Positions 52,431 to 64,000 of a DNA stretch of 64,000 nt are shown piece after piece. The notes below the pieces were generated by a model. The model did not search any database. It was not told the DNA's origin and worked only from the letters and a program-made list of their open reading frames with translations. Source of the stretch: Enoplolaimus lenunculus (taxonomy: Eukaryota); the NCBI GenBank assembly GCA_030248215.1, contig JASANG010001402.1, positions 372,001 to 436,000 on the forward strand, given 5' to 3'. The number at the start of each line of letters is the position of its first letter. The first letter of the stretch is position 1. The translations under genes and the position numbers were made by a program.

Positions 52431-52648
52431 CACACTGCAAAAAATGGTGAGTCAAGTTGACTCTCTCTCAAAAGTAGGATTTTCCTGACACCACAAACTG
52501 TGAGTCAAAATTGGACTCCGCAAGAGCCAAACATGCTACTCAGTGAGTCGAATTTGAATCTGGCGGAGTCGAATTTTGACTCAGCTTGTGCAGTAAGGAA
52601 AAGCCTATTTCGGAGAGAATCAATTTGACTCACCATTTTTTGCAGTGT
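52431..52648. mobile_element. MITE with ACACTGCAAAAAATGGTGAGTCAA TIRs
   Basis: Inverted ends with internal GAGTC/GACTC repeats; partial copy at about 54860-54945. Confidence 0.7.
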
Positions 52649-53173
52649 AGAATTGTGGTGGAGCCATTATTTTACAGTGGGGAATCGAGAATATTGTTTG
52701 TGTTTTGGAATTTGACAGTTTAAATACAGATTTTAGCAAGTTTTTTGATATTTGAACAATATTTCGGCTTCTGCTATCGCCATATTTTTCTTTTATTTTG
52801 TTATCAAAACATATTGTGAGCATCAGATGAACCATTTACATGGCAAAATTTCAGCACTGCAAAGCGGATGACAAAGGTTACATTGCCACACCACTGGATT
52901 CGCTAATGGCTTTTTTGGCCTTTGTAAAGATGGGGTGGAATGCTTTTCTGCGCGACTGCAATAGAGTAAGCTTAAACTTTAGACCATTTTTTGCTTATGC
53001 TTAGAGGCTTAGGGGTAGGCTTGAGCATAACCTCTTTCTAGGCTTATGCTTTACGCTTAGGCTAAGAAATAGCTTATACCACTGTTACAGCCGTGTTCTA
53101 TTCATTGACCGTATGTTCAATCTAATTATCAATTGTACAACAAACAACAGGTTTTTATTAAAGTCGTATTCTA

Positions 53174-53822
53174 CAAAGGCGGATCCAAGGGGGATGGCAG
53201 GATGCATCGCCCCACCGGCTGCCGAGTGTATTTTTTTCAAGGTTAAAATAAAACTTACTATGCAAATTTTTGTTCCGGTATCTCAAGATTTCACAGTTGT
53301 TTAGGGCTTCGCCCCGAAACTCAGCACAAATAATTTTCTATGTGCTTTGACCAATTTTAAAACGAGTTTAGCTTATTGCTCGCTCTTCTGGCGAGTTCCG
53401 GACTCCCACTCAGGAGTTTGGGAGGGCCCACACAAGTGTGTGGGAATAAAAGTGCCAATTTGGCTAAAATAGGGCTGCCCCCCTGCACCCGTCTACCTAT
53501 GAACCCTTAGCCTATGCGCAAACCTAAGCTTACACCTAAACTTTGGCCTAAAACGTATACTAAAGCTTGAACCTAAACCTGACTCTAATCCTAAACTTCT
53601 GAATAGCCTAACCTTTTAGAAATTGAGATATTATCCGGGAAATTTTGTGAATTTGAGAAATTACTCAGAAAATTGGGATGGACCTGTTCTATACACAATA
53701 CAGTGTGCCTGTGACTTGGTTGTTTTTATTTGCATAAAAATATGTATGACCTTGTGCCAAAGCTTAACATTTTTCCACTTGTGCGACTCCCCCCCCACAA
53801 ACACCTTCTGGACCAGCCACTG
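53174..53822. mobile_element. About 650-bp hAT-type MITE (inverted sister of 56619-57755)
   Basis: Ends CAAAGGCGGATCC...GGACCAGCCACTG; collinear in reverse complement with 56619-57005 plus 57453-57755. Confidence 0.65.
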
Positions 53823-54296
53823 ATAAACTGCTATGTACTACCAGTCTTAAAACCCGGCCCTTCTTGCAATTAATTGCTAATGATTTGATCAAATTGCAAT
53901 TAATTAATTAATTAATTGCCATTTGATCAAATCATTAGCGGCCGCTCCTTTATAAAGGTGCAATGATTTGTACCTACATTCGTTCGCTATTACTGACTGC
54001 AGAAAGCTTGCACTACAACGGCATTTGCGTCGCTAAGTTGTTTAGCCGATCGCTTCAAAATTTTGTAATCTTTTACTGTAGCTCACTCCTTTCGTTTTAA
54101 GTGTAAGCTTCAATGCTGTCACAACTTGGATACAGCAATTAGACTACATAACAGTTTCTAGTGTCTATAGTCATTTTGAGGTATAAAGATATGTTATGTA
54201 TACGCCTATTGTGGATTCGTGCTCCTTATTTAACGTTGATATATGACTTTCAAGCCTTAATATTGTTTTTTGCATTAATTTTTTGATTCGTTACAG

Positions 54297-54552
54297 GGCC
54301 AATATAAGGAACAGGGGCGGAACAGTATTATTAGCAATACTCCGAAGCCTAAGCCTAAGCCTAAGCCTAAGCCTAAGCCTAAGCCTAAGCGTAAGAATGA
54401 GCATATTCCTAAGCCTAAGCCTAAGCCTAAGCGTAAGAATGTGCATATTCCTAAGCCTAATTCTAAGCCAAGCAAAAAATTAGGCTAAAGCTTAAGCTTA
54501 CTCTATTGCAGTCCTACAGAAAAGCGTTTCGCCCCTGATCTTTACATAGGCC
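54297..54552. mobile_element. Merlin-like TTAGGC MITE
   Basis: GGCC ends; perfect (GCCTAA)n tracts; 8-bp flanks CGTTACAG/ATTTACAG. Further copies at about 55004-55197, 55259-55445, 56245-56372 and 58700-59052. Confidence 0.75.
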
Positions 54553-56618
54553 ATTTACAGTAGATACTAGTCAGCCAACTTTGCGCTATGCGCAAAAGTG
54601 TTTAACAAATGCCAAAAATTTGCATGCAAATCCTTTAAATTATACAACAGTTAATACGTTTATGTGCTATGAAACTATTGTAAACAAAGTATGCTAGAAA
54701 CTTGCCCAAAATATGTATATGGGGCGTTCCAGGTTTAATCATGTAGATTTTTTAAGTTTATATTTGGATTTAACGATTTCTCAATTGGTACACGACAAGC
54801 AATTCCAAGGATCAGCGGAGGTATCGTTTCTATTGCTTCGGCAAACACTTTTTGCTTTCACACACGGCAAAAAATGGTGAGTCAAATTAACTCTCTATGA
54901 AATAGGCTCTACAGTATTATCTAAACTGAGTCGAATTTGACTCTGAAATTTTAGCCTGTAGCTTTTCAGTTACTTATGTTTTTTACCTACAATCGAATGT
55001 ATGGGCCCATACAGAGATCAGATGCGGAACGTTTTCTGTGGGACTAGAAAAGAGTGAGCTTAGGTTTTAGAGTAATTTTTTGCTTGGCTTAGGCTTAGGC
55101 TTAGGCTTATTAATAAACTCATTCTTACGCTTAGACTTAGGCTTACGCTTAGGAATATGCTTATAATACTGTTCCGCCACAGTTCTTTAAATTGGCCAAA
55201 TTATGTATGGGAGTGCATTTTCTTGCGATTGGAAAAAGTAAAAAAAGTACAATCGTTGACGGAACAGTAATATAAGCATATTCCTAAGCCAAAGCATAAG
55301 CCTAAAGCCTAAGCGTATTAAGAATGAGTCGATTGCTAAACCTAAAGCGTAAGCCTAATCAAAGCAAAAAATTCCTCTAAAGCCTTTAGCTTACTCTATT
55401 GCAGTGCCACAGAAAAACATTCCGCCCCTGCTCTTTACATGGGCCAACCTTTCTAAGCAGAATTGGTGCTAAATGTTTCGCTAATTTGATAGTGTAATGT
55501 TAAAAGTTGTTCAATGAATTTGCTTAAAATGTGTTTTAAAATTAAAAATAACATGATATTATCCATGATGAACTCAACGCTAGCGGGCATAATTTTGAAC
55601 TATCAAATTGTTTTTGCTTTCAGTTGCATAAAGCTGTTTACAGTCGTCCTACGCGTTAAAAATTGCACTTATTTCGTTTGTAAACTTTATGTCTTGCCTT
55701 CAAGCCATAAACTATAACAACAACTCCCGCATAATTTTGAGTTTAAATTTGAAAACAGTCACTCACACAATCGAATATCTCCGTCGAGCGATCGGGTTTC
55801 AAATAATTTCAACAGCATTTTGAGCCAAAACCACACAAAACTTTTCCTCGCGTGTTTCCGTACGATTAAAGATCAGTAAGCCAGTCTCACCTAGCTAACT
55901 ATATATGTCTGTCAAGCGTATTTAATTATTACACGAATGTCAATATAAAATTGAGGCATTGAGTTGTCTGCGGTCACACAAAATTTGTATATGCTTGAAA
56001 TTTAATACTGACAGAGTTTCTTTGCTCAACGGTTGCATCCGGGTGCCCCTGGCACGTGGCGTTTCCGGGCCTATCAAATATCGTGTGGTAGAGTATAGTG
56101 ACTTTGCAAATTTCAAATATTCTAGTCGAAGTAGCAAGAATAAAGTATATTTCAATATGCATCTTCATATATTATTTGATGTAAGAAATTGTCTTTTACA
56201 AATCTGAGCTAATATAAAGATCAATGGCGGAATGATTTCCTGTGAGAGTAAGCTTAAGCTTTTGACTATTTTTTCGTTAAGCTGAGGTATAAGCTCATTC
56301 TTACGCTTTACGCTTAGGCTAAGGCTTGAGGATATGCTTACACTATTGTTACGGCCCTGTTCTATATATTTGCCGGTATTGTTTTTAGTTATATTTAAGC
56401 AGAAAATCGAAGCTAGGATGGGTCAACCCATCTACGTCGCTATGTTTATTAAGCTTATTTGTTATAGTTTCTGAAATCTTTTACCAACATAGGAAATAAA
56501 TCTACAAGAGACCATTGAAGTTACGCTCCGGTTCCGGAAACTAATTCGATTCATTTCGACAAATATCTCGTCCAGTTTCTAATCGGTGTTCAGAAGGAAA
56601 ATCTGATTTTTCTTACGG

Positions 56619-57755
56619 CAGTGGCGGATCCAGAAATTTCTGGTGTGGGGAAGTACAAGTGGAAAATGTTAAGTTTTCGCACATGTTCATACATATTTTT
56701 GCGCATATAAAAACATCCACGAGCCACACACGCACAGACACACACACTGGCCCATGTATGGAACAGGTCAATCCCAATTTCCTGGGTAATATCCCAATTT
56801 CCCAATATCCTAATTTCCTGGGTAATATCCCAATTTCCCAATATCCTAATTTCCCGGGTAATATTCTAATTTTCCATAAGCTTAGGCTATTCAGAAGTTT
56901 AGGGTTAGACTCGAGTTTAGGCTTAAGCTTGAGCCTAGGCGTTAGGCAATCGTTTATGTGTAGAATTTAGGTTCGCGCATAGACTGGAGGGTCCATCGGC
57001 AGACAGGCCCATGTTACTGTAACGGGCGTCCAGGTTTCTGGTGGATCTATAAAAGAGTGTGTTTAGATTCTAGATTACATTTTTTGCATAGGCTAAGGCT
57101 TGGGCTTAGGTTCAGGCTTAGGAATCTATTTTTGCAACGTTTACACACAAAAAATATATCTGAATTTAATCAGAAAAGTATTTTCTGTGGCAAATCTGAC
57201 AAGTTTTTCTGAGATTTAAAACAATTTTTCAAAAAGTAGCTGGACAACGTTTATTTTCAGACTTTATTCCAAAACTTTCAGAAATCTTTTCTGTTATAAG
57301 GAAATACTTTTCAAGTGCACCTTGCTAATTATATTTCTTAAATGTAAGAAATTTTTTCTTATATATCAGAAATATTATATTGAGTATAGGCTTAGGCTTA
57401 CGTTTAGGAATACGCTTAATCTACAGTTACGCCCCTTAAAGTAACACTGGCCGGCAGACGGATTCAGGGGGCAGTCCCTCTGCAGCCAAATCGGCACTTT
57501 TTATTCCTCCACGCTTGACCGCTCCCCCAAACTCGCGAGCGAAGCGAACGAGAAGTTAGACGCATTTTAAAACTTGTCAAAGCACATGGAAAAATAGTTA
57601 CGCTGAGATTCGGGGCAAAGGCCCTAAACATCTGTGAAATAACGAGATATCGGGACAAAAATTTGCATTGTAAGTTTGATTTGAACCCTGAAAAAATTAC
57701 ACTCGGTAGCCGGTGGGGGGGCTGCATCCCCGCATCCCTCCTTGATCCGCCCTTG
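56619..57755. mobile_element. hAT MITE with two levels of nested insertions
   Basis: Perfect TSD TCTTACGG. Contains a GG-ended MITE at 57006-57452 (flanks GGCAGACA/GGCAGACG), which in turn contains an element at about 57142-57385 (inverted copy at about 59890-60141). Confidence 0.85.
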
Positions 57756-57773
57756 TCTTACGGCCGAACATAC

Positions 57774-58354
57774 CTCTTCTACATGTGCAAGAAGGATAAG
57801 TTTTCTTTTTTCAAAAGCATTCTCGTATGTTTCCTTTCTTCAATTTCCTGCCCATAAATTTAAGCTTGTACCATTTGAAATTGTTACAGCTTGGCAAATA
57901 ACGTAAACAGCTGTCGAATGCTGCTAATCTCTTGTGTTCAACCCCAAAAAATTATAAATCTGTCAGATTCGATGACGAATTCATCAAAAATTTCTACTCA
58001 ATGATCATAACCGAAAATGCCATATTTATCATTCGTATATAAAAATATATACATATACATGTATATTTACATATAATATATAAATATATATACATATATA
58101 TGATGTATTATATATATGATGTATTATATATATACATATATATATATATACATGTATATGTGTATTATATATCAGAGTGCTGACAGATCTGAAATGAGCG
58201 ATATTTCTTTGCAATAATTGCAACTTGCACAACGTTAAGATGATTTGAACACAAAATCATTATTAATAAGCTGAGAGTGAGTATGCTTAAAGTTGCAATG
58301 AGTGCAACCACAACAACAACTTTTACGAGAAAACAACGCGAGGTAAAAACGCAT
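57774..58354 (-). pseudogene. Possible decayed exon: hydrophobic anchor plus Cys-rich segment
   Basis: Pieces MRFYLALFSRK / VVVVVALIATLSILTLSLLIMILC / AFDSCLRYLPSC...MGRKLKKGNIRECF*KKKTYPSCTCRR ending at donor GAG|GTATGT; interrupted by frameshifts, stops and a (TA)n tract. Confidence 0.3.
58035..58172. repeat. Imperfect (TA)n microsatellite
   Basis: TATA/TACA-rich run. Confidence 0.9.
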
Positions 58355-60243
58355 CTTCAAAGCTGTCAAATCGAATGATGAGAGACTGTTTTTGATCGCG
58401 AAATATGCCCTGGGTACATCGCTAATCGACGAATTAAACCACAGGAAATTAATATATATATTCGATACTACTGTAGAGTGTAACTTGTCAGGCAAGTCAA
58501 GTTTATAAATGCTTACAAGGGCTTTTTTGTGCTTGTGGTTTAGGATGTTAGGATGTGATGGACCTATTTAGAGATTATAAAATGTTGATAAAGTTGGTGA
58601 AAAATAAGTCTAAAGCTAATGCTTACTCTATTCTAGTACCACAAAAAACTCTCCGCCCCTGATCTTTACATGGGCCCGGTGTGTTACAACACTGCGCAGC
58701 GTCGTTCAATTTTAGACTAATTTTTTGGTTTATGATGCTTCTCTAATGCACACGACCTCTCTTAAGCCTAAGCTAAATCGGTCAATGTAAAGAATAGAGG
58801 CGGCGCAGTATTTAAGCATATTCCTAAGCCTAAAGCATAAGCCTAAGCCTAAGCCTAAGCCTAAGCGTAAGGGTGAGCCTATTCTTAAGCCTAAGCCTAA
58901 GCCTAAGCCTAAGCGTAAGGGTGAGTCTATTCCTAAGCCTAAGCCAAAGCCTAAGCCTAAGCCTAAGCCTAAGCAAGTTAGTCTAAAGCTTAAACTGACT
59001 GTATTGCAGCCACGCCGTAAAACGATCCTGCCGTGTTCTATACATGGGGCACACACCGCAACATCACCGTTTTGTTTTTTGTATTCTGATCAGTATCCGG
59101 TTCCGGTTCTGTTAGTTTACATCTCTTATTTCCGCCTAAGGATTAGCCACAATATAAGGTTTCAACTTTAATTGTCGAGTTGAAACATTAAATTTATGAA
59201 ATATGCGTACCTCCTTAGCAGATTTACACAATAGTTTTCCAGTCGGTCGTAGCTGGTTACATTTTCGCTCAAGTACGTATGGTTTCGTAACTGCAACCTT
59301 CAGAACCGTTTACGAGTATAAACCTGGTGCGTAACCGATATTTTGGTTCGACAGGGTATACGTTCATACCGTAGAAAAGTTGTTTCGACTTCTAAAAGCC
59401 ACAAGTTATACTCTAAAGCCTGTGAAATGTATTTGCTATGGTCTTTCGAAACATTTCAAGAGGAAATGCATATATTCCTCAATCCGCCCCCCTTTGTATA
59501 CGCCGAACCTAAACGCTATGATTGCGGCATTCTTTAAAGTAGCTTTTACTATATAAAGTTGGACGTCTGTCAACGTCGATAATTTGAAAATCGTGTCACA
59601 CATTGACTGATCGGTACAAAGCATTAAATTTGACCAGAAACCATTTTTCTGCCGTAAAATCTCAACAACCCGCGGGCTCTTCGTTGTCATAAAGACCCGG
59701 TCAAAAACACGAGTCAAGCCAGATTATCTGCACCTTTATACCCTGAACCAAGATAAACTCCTCTTTGGGTCGACACAATTTTGTTTGTCAAAGATTGAAT
59801 TTTGGCAGACTAAATTTGGTGACATTACAGTGGTAAAGACGCAGTTGTATCAAGAGACTAGTGAAAGTTAAGCAATTTTTCATTACAAACACACTCAAAA
59901 TAATATTTCTGATATTTAACAAAAAATTTCTTACATTTGAGAAATATGATTAGCAAGGTGCACTTGAAAAGTATTTCTGTTATATAACAAAAATGTTTTC
60001 AAAAAACGTTTTGAAATAAAGTCTGAAAATAAACGTTTTCCAATTATTTTAAGAAAAATTGTCTTAAATATCAGCAAAACTTTTCAGGTTTGCCACAGAA
60101 AACACTTTTCTGAATAAATTCAGAAATACTTTTTTTGTGTGCACTTTTAAATTAGCTGGGTTTGTAATACATTTCTCAGATCTATTGGCGGCCCGACGGA
60201 TCAAGGATTTTCTGGTTGGGAAGGATCCGAGATTGGACTTTTT

Positions 60244-60499
60244 GACCAGTGTAAGGAACAGGAGCGGAAAAGTATTATAAGCGTATTCCCAAGCCTAAAG
60301 CCTAAGCCTAAGCGTAGGAATAAGCATATTTCTAAGCCTAAGCCTAAGCCTAACCTAAGCCTAAGCGTAAGAATGATCATATTCCTAAGTTTGCGAATAA
60401 GCCTAATCCTTAGCCAGGCAACAGAATTAGTCTAATCTTTAAGCTTACTGTATTCTAGTCGCACAGAAAAACGTTCCGCCCCTGATCTTTACATGTACC
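60244..60499. mobile_element. Merlin-like TTAGGC MITE
   Basis: Same body as 54297-54552; perfect 8-bp TSD GACTTTTT (60236-60243 and 60500-60507). Confidence 0.8.
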
Positions 60500-61494
60500 G
60501 ACTTTTTATATATATCAGCGCCGCCTCTAGAGTATCCGAGACCAGACCTGCGAGCATGGGACCCCATCCTAAGACATTTTGTCACCTTTTGAAAAATGAA
60601 AATTTAAAAATTGATGTTTCAACACCTGGTCCCTCACAGTAGCCGAAAATTTTGGTTTATGGTTAACCATGGGCACATTTGAACTCTTGCGTAGGAAGTA
60701 AAATTCGCGAGCCAAGCGAGCGAAAATCCGCAGACGCTTTCTGAACAAAGCTTGTTTTTGGATCAAATGGAGGTTTTCGAAATTGATTTGGTTCGAGGTC
60801 GTGCCTATGGCTGCTCTGACCTCGTCCGAAAAACAAATCACGGGACCATTGGATGGATTAGGTAAACATAGGTTAAATTTGCGCGAACGAGAGTGCCAGA
60901 CGCTTGTTTTGGCATTCAAACTGACTTAACTTTTGCTTTACTTGATGAGGAGTTTTTGTAAACTTGATCTTGTCGCCCAGCGACTGGATTGGTCGATCCC
61001 ATGCTGTCCTGTGCAAAATTATGTTTGATCAAAGCGAGCAAAATGCTATATGTACGCAAAATGTTTAGATAATCAAGAGTCAAAAATAGTGGAATCCCTA
61101 ATAAAACTTGCGGGTGTAAAGTCCGACGCGAAATTCGTACTCAATTATGAAGAAAAATTTCATTTCATTGGGGTCTGGTAGGGGGGATCGATTCTAGAAT
61201 CGCCCCCAAGATCCGTCCTTGCGGCGGCCTATGTTGCTTTAGCAGGTCTACCGCTAGTTTTTGACTAATTTTTCGGCTTAGACTTTCTCTTACGTTTAGG
61301 CCAATGCTTAGTTATAGGCTTATCTTTACTCTGAGTCAGAGGAGCCCGTATCCATTCCCCATGCGCCCTCCAGCTTCTGGGGCACCTCATGATATGAGCT
61401 TGAAATTGTTATTTGATTGTACTGTTGTGACCGAATAAGAAGGAATAAAGGGGGTGCCTTCTGGAGAGGCCAAATAAATATTAGCCTCCCTCTT

Positions 61495-61944
61495 ACTGTA
61501 GTAACCCGAATAAGAGGGGGACTGATATTTATTTGGCCTCTCCAGATAGTATCCCCCCTTGTTATTCGGTTATGGACTGTTATTTATTTTTAACCCACGC
61601 TCCGCCGCCCTACTCTATTCATATATATCCGGTACTGCAATTATCCGTTGAATTAAACGTTTATTTGTCTTGTGTCAATAACTTGAGCGATAATACAAGG
61701 TTGTACTTAGGAATGTACTTTCGAAAATTAAGTACGATTTAAAGTTTCGAACTCAAATTATTTGATCCTGGAGTCATTTATGCGCTACAATTAGGGTTAA
61801 TTCACATTTATGGACCCTAATTAGGGTTTAAGCACTCTATCCGCTTACGGACTCTTATTAGGGATACGGACTCCTATTGATTCGGACCCAAAATGGGGAC
61901 CCCCGTCTTATTACCCCTCCCCCTCTTATTCGGGCCACTACAGT
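61495..61944. mobile_element. Tc1/pogo-like MITE
   Basis: TA|CTGTAGTAACCCGAATAAGAGGGG...CCCCTCTTATTCGGGCCACTACAG|TA; inverted partial copy at about 4170-4382. Confidence 0.7.
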
Positions 61945-62764
61945 ATATATATTTTGGTCGTTCTGTAACCATTTTTATCGAAAAATTCTAAGACAGCAGA
62001 TCGCACGCTGATAATATCATATTCTTTTGCAAGAAAGACTGCACACGGTAGTGTGCAAGTAAACCGTGTCCAAATGTGACATAAATTTGTTCAAAAGCGA
62101 CAAAACCGGATATTTTATAAATTTCCGGCAAATAATTCGCCACAAACTCATACGGGTTTTAAGTTCAAATTTGAGGATCGGCCGGCCGAAAACTGAATTT
62201 TGAAGGGTGACATTTTTTTTGCAATTGTGTCATGAACCAGAGTTGAAACCGGTTCTCGGTAGGGTTGGATTCAAAGTCCGGGCCCGTTGGGCATATTTCA
62301 GCCAGAGCCATGCCACGAGCGTAGCCAGCTCAACCTGCTGTCGAAACGACAGAACAATTTTAGGATGAGCAATCCTGTTGAAATTGTAAGCTGTTTATAC
62401 AGGTGGGGATAAATGTTTTCTGGGGGGTGGGGCTTACTTATTTCTTGGCCCCCTCTGGCTGACTTGATGCGTATGATTGTTTTTCGCAAAGATCGGTACG
62501 TTTTTAAGCTTTTTTTGAAAATTTGAAAATATTTGTTTGATTTTACAGTAAAAAAACACGCCAATTTTATCACCCAGGCGAAAAAGGCTAAGAACACAGT
62601 CAGATCAAGAAAAAAACACATTCCTGACCCATTCCTCATAAACAAATCCTTTAAAAGCGGCATCTGGTTTGCGATTAAACGGCGTACCTCAAACTGTGAT
62701 GAACATAAACTTTCTAAGCACTTTTCGCAACCACAGGTCAATCCAACGAAAGGTCAGCCATATC

Positions 62765-62941
62765 CAGTGGCGGATCCAGGATCTCAAAATGGGAGGGGCC
62801 AAAATTTCACAGGTAATAAACTTATTTTTGACCCATACACAAACCACGAACTATTGTCACAAAATTGCTATAGAATTTTTGTCGAGATGCTGTTGGGGGG
62901 GAGGCCCACGACCGGGGTGGCTCCCCATGGATCCGCCATTG
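62765..62941. mobile_element. hAT MITE (same family as 46667)
   Basis: TIR CAGTGGCGGATCC; perfect 8-bp TSD GCCATATC. Confidence 0.9.
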
Positions 62942-63683
62942 GCCATATCATACCTCGAACACGAATCAAAGCTGAAATTTTGTATTAATAAGATCCAGTA
63001 CTAAAATGGCGTTTGGGCTGTTTTGTGTCGATTCGCTCGCAAAACTACGTTCGCTATCACATATTGTGCTCGCAGGCCCTCGACTAAAGTGTCTGTTACT
63101 CGCGACACTACTAATCTCACAACAGACTCGAAAAATATTTCAGAAGTTTTCGTTATAAGACAAGGAATGTTTTGGCAACGTCTTTGAAAATAGTTTAACT
63201 TTCAATCTTCAAACTATGCCGCTATTTGGTTGAAGAACCGCTCGAGCAGATCGGCAAATCTTTTAACTTTAGCTGCGATTTCATGACGTTGTGACCGGCT
63301 TTGAATTTAACCGCCTGGTTGACTTGAACTCATGTTCTCTCGTGTTTGTTTTTAAAGTATCTCGACAGGTCTGTGACGTATTACAATCCGCCGTCAATCT
63401 TCAAGCTGCGTTACCATTGCGTGCGCGACTTGGTTAGCGGGTCGCAAGCTATTTTGGAAAAAATTTATTCAGCACTTTTAAGAAAATATTTATTTAGCAC
63501 TAAATTTTTGGAGGTTTTTACGTTAAAAGTTTTGAACGATTTTTATTTGCTATAAAATGAAACGTTAGTCTAGCAGTCTCGCGGAGTGCTATTTTGATTC
63601 TTTGCTAGAATTTTGATTTGTTTCAAATTCGAACGTTTTAGTTTTCTTGCATCTATTAAATTTGAGGCTCAATGCAAAAAACA

Positions 63684-64000
63684 TGGCCGTAACAGTAGTA
63701 TAAGCATATTCCTAAGCCTAAGCGTAAGAGTGAGTTCATACTTAAGCCTAAGGATAAGCCTAAGCTTAAGCAAAACAATCAATCTAAAGCTTCAGTTTGC
63801 TTTATCGCAGTTCTACAGAAAAACGGACCCATGTATAGAACAGGGCCGGATCGTATTCCGGAGAGGCTATAATAGTGTCCGTTTAAGCTTTAGACTAATT
63901 TTTTGCTTAGGCTTACGCTTAGGCTTAGGCTTAGGCTTAGGGATAGGCTTATCCATACGCTTAGGCTTAGGGACAGGCTCATCCATACGCTTAGGCTTAG
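63684..64000. mobile_element. Two abutting TTAGGC MITEs; the second is cut by the window edge
   Basis: 63684-63825 has a GCCTAA-oriented body. From about 63826 the sequence closely matches the 27828 copy and carries TTAGGC tracts. Confidence 0.7.

Noticed and set aside
54275..54483. ORFs with LGLGLG / SLSLSL repeats (also 58730..59056 and 22373..22606)
   Set aside because: Translations of TTAGGC hexamer repeats.
63900..64000. TTAGGC repeats at the window end as a true telomere
   Set aside because: They are interrupted and are preceded by the same TIR and body as the internal MITE at 27828.

Overview
Eukaryotic, intron-rich, AT-rich DNA. Abundant TTAGGC repeats and TTTCAG/TTTTAG acceptors suggest a nematode (inference). 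Contents: (i) the 3' end of an unknown low-complexity gene on + (<1-2272); (ii) a 32-exon TAF1 gene on - (4842-29309, about 2645 aa by hand assembly) with large insertions; (iii) a 4-exon myotrophin gene on - (32835-33904); (iv) a young full-length BEL/Pao LTR retrotransposon (35521-43426) with 5-bp TSD CAGTG, LTRs differing at 2 positions, a tRNA-Tyr PBS and a disrupted gag-pol; (v) a Cys-rich terminal exon (44905-45167) and a possible decayed upstream exon; (vi) many nested non-autonomous DNA transposons (hAT, piggyBac, Harbinger, Tc1/pogo, Ginger-like, Helentron-like), including GG-ended, 8-bp-TSD Merlin-like MITEs built around TTAGGC repeats. The most notable signal is in the BEL/Pao element. 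In the slot where env usually sits it carries an intact SGNH/GDSL-hydrolase-like ORF, with a leader splice donor and a matching acceptor that suggest expression from a subgenomic RNA. All calls were made by eye, with no database searches.
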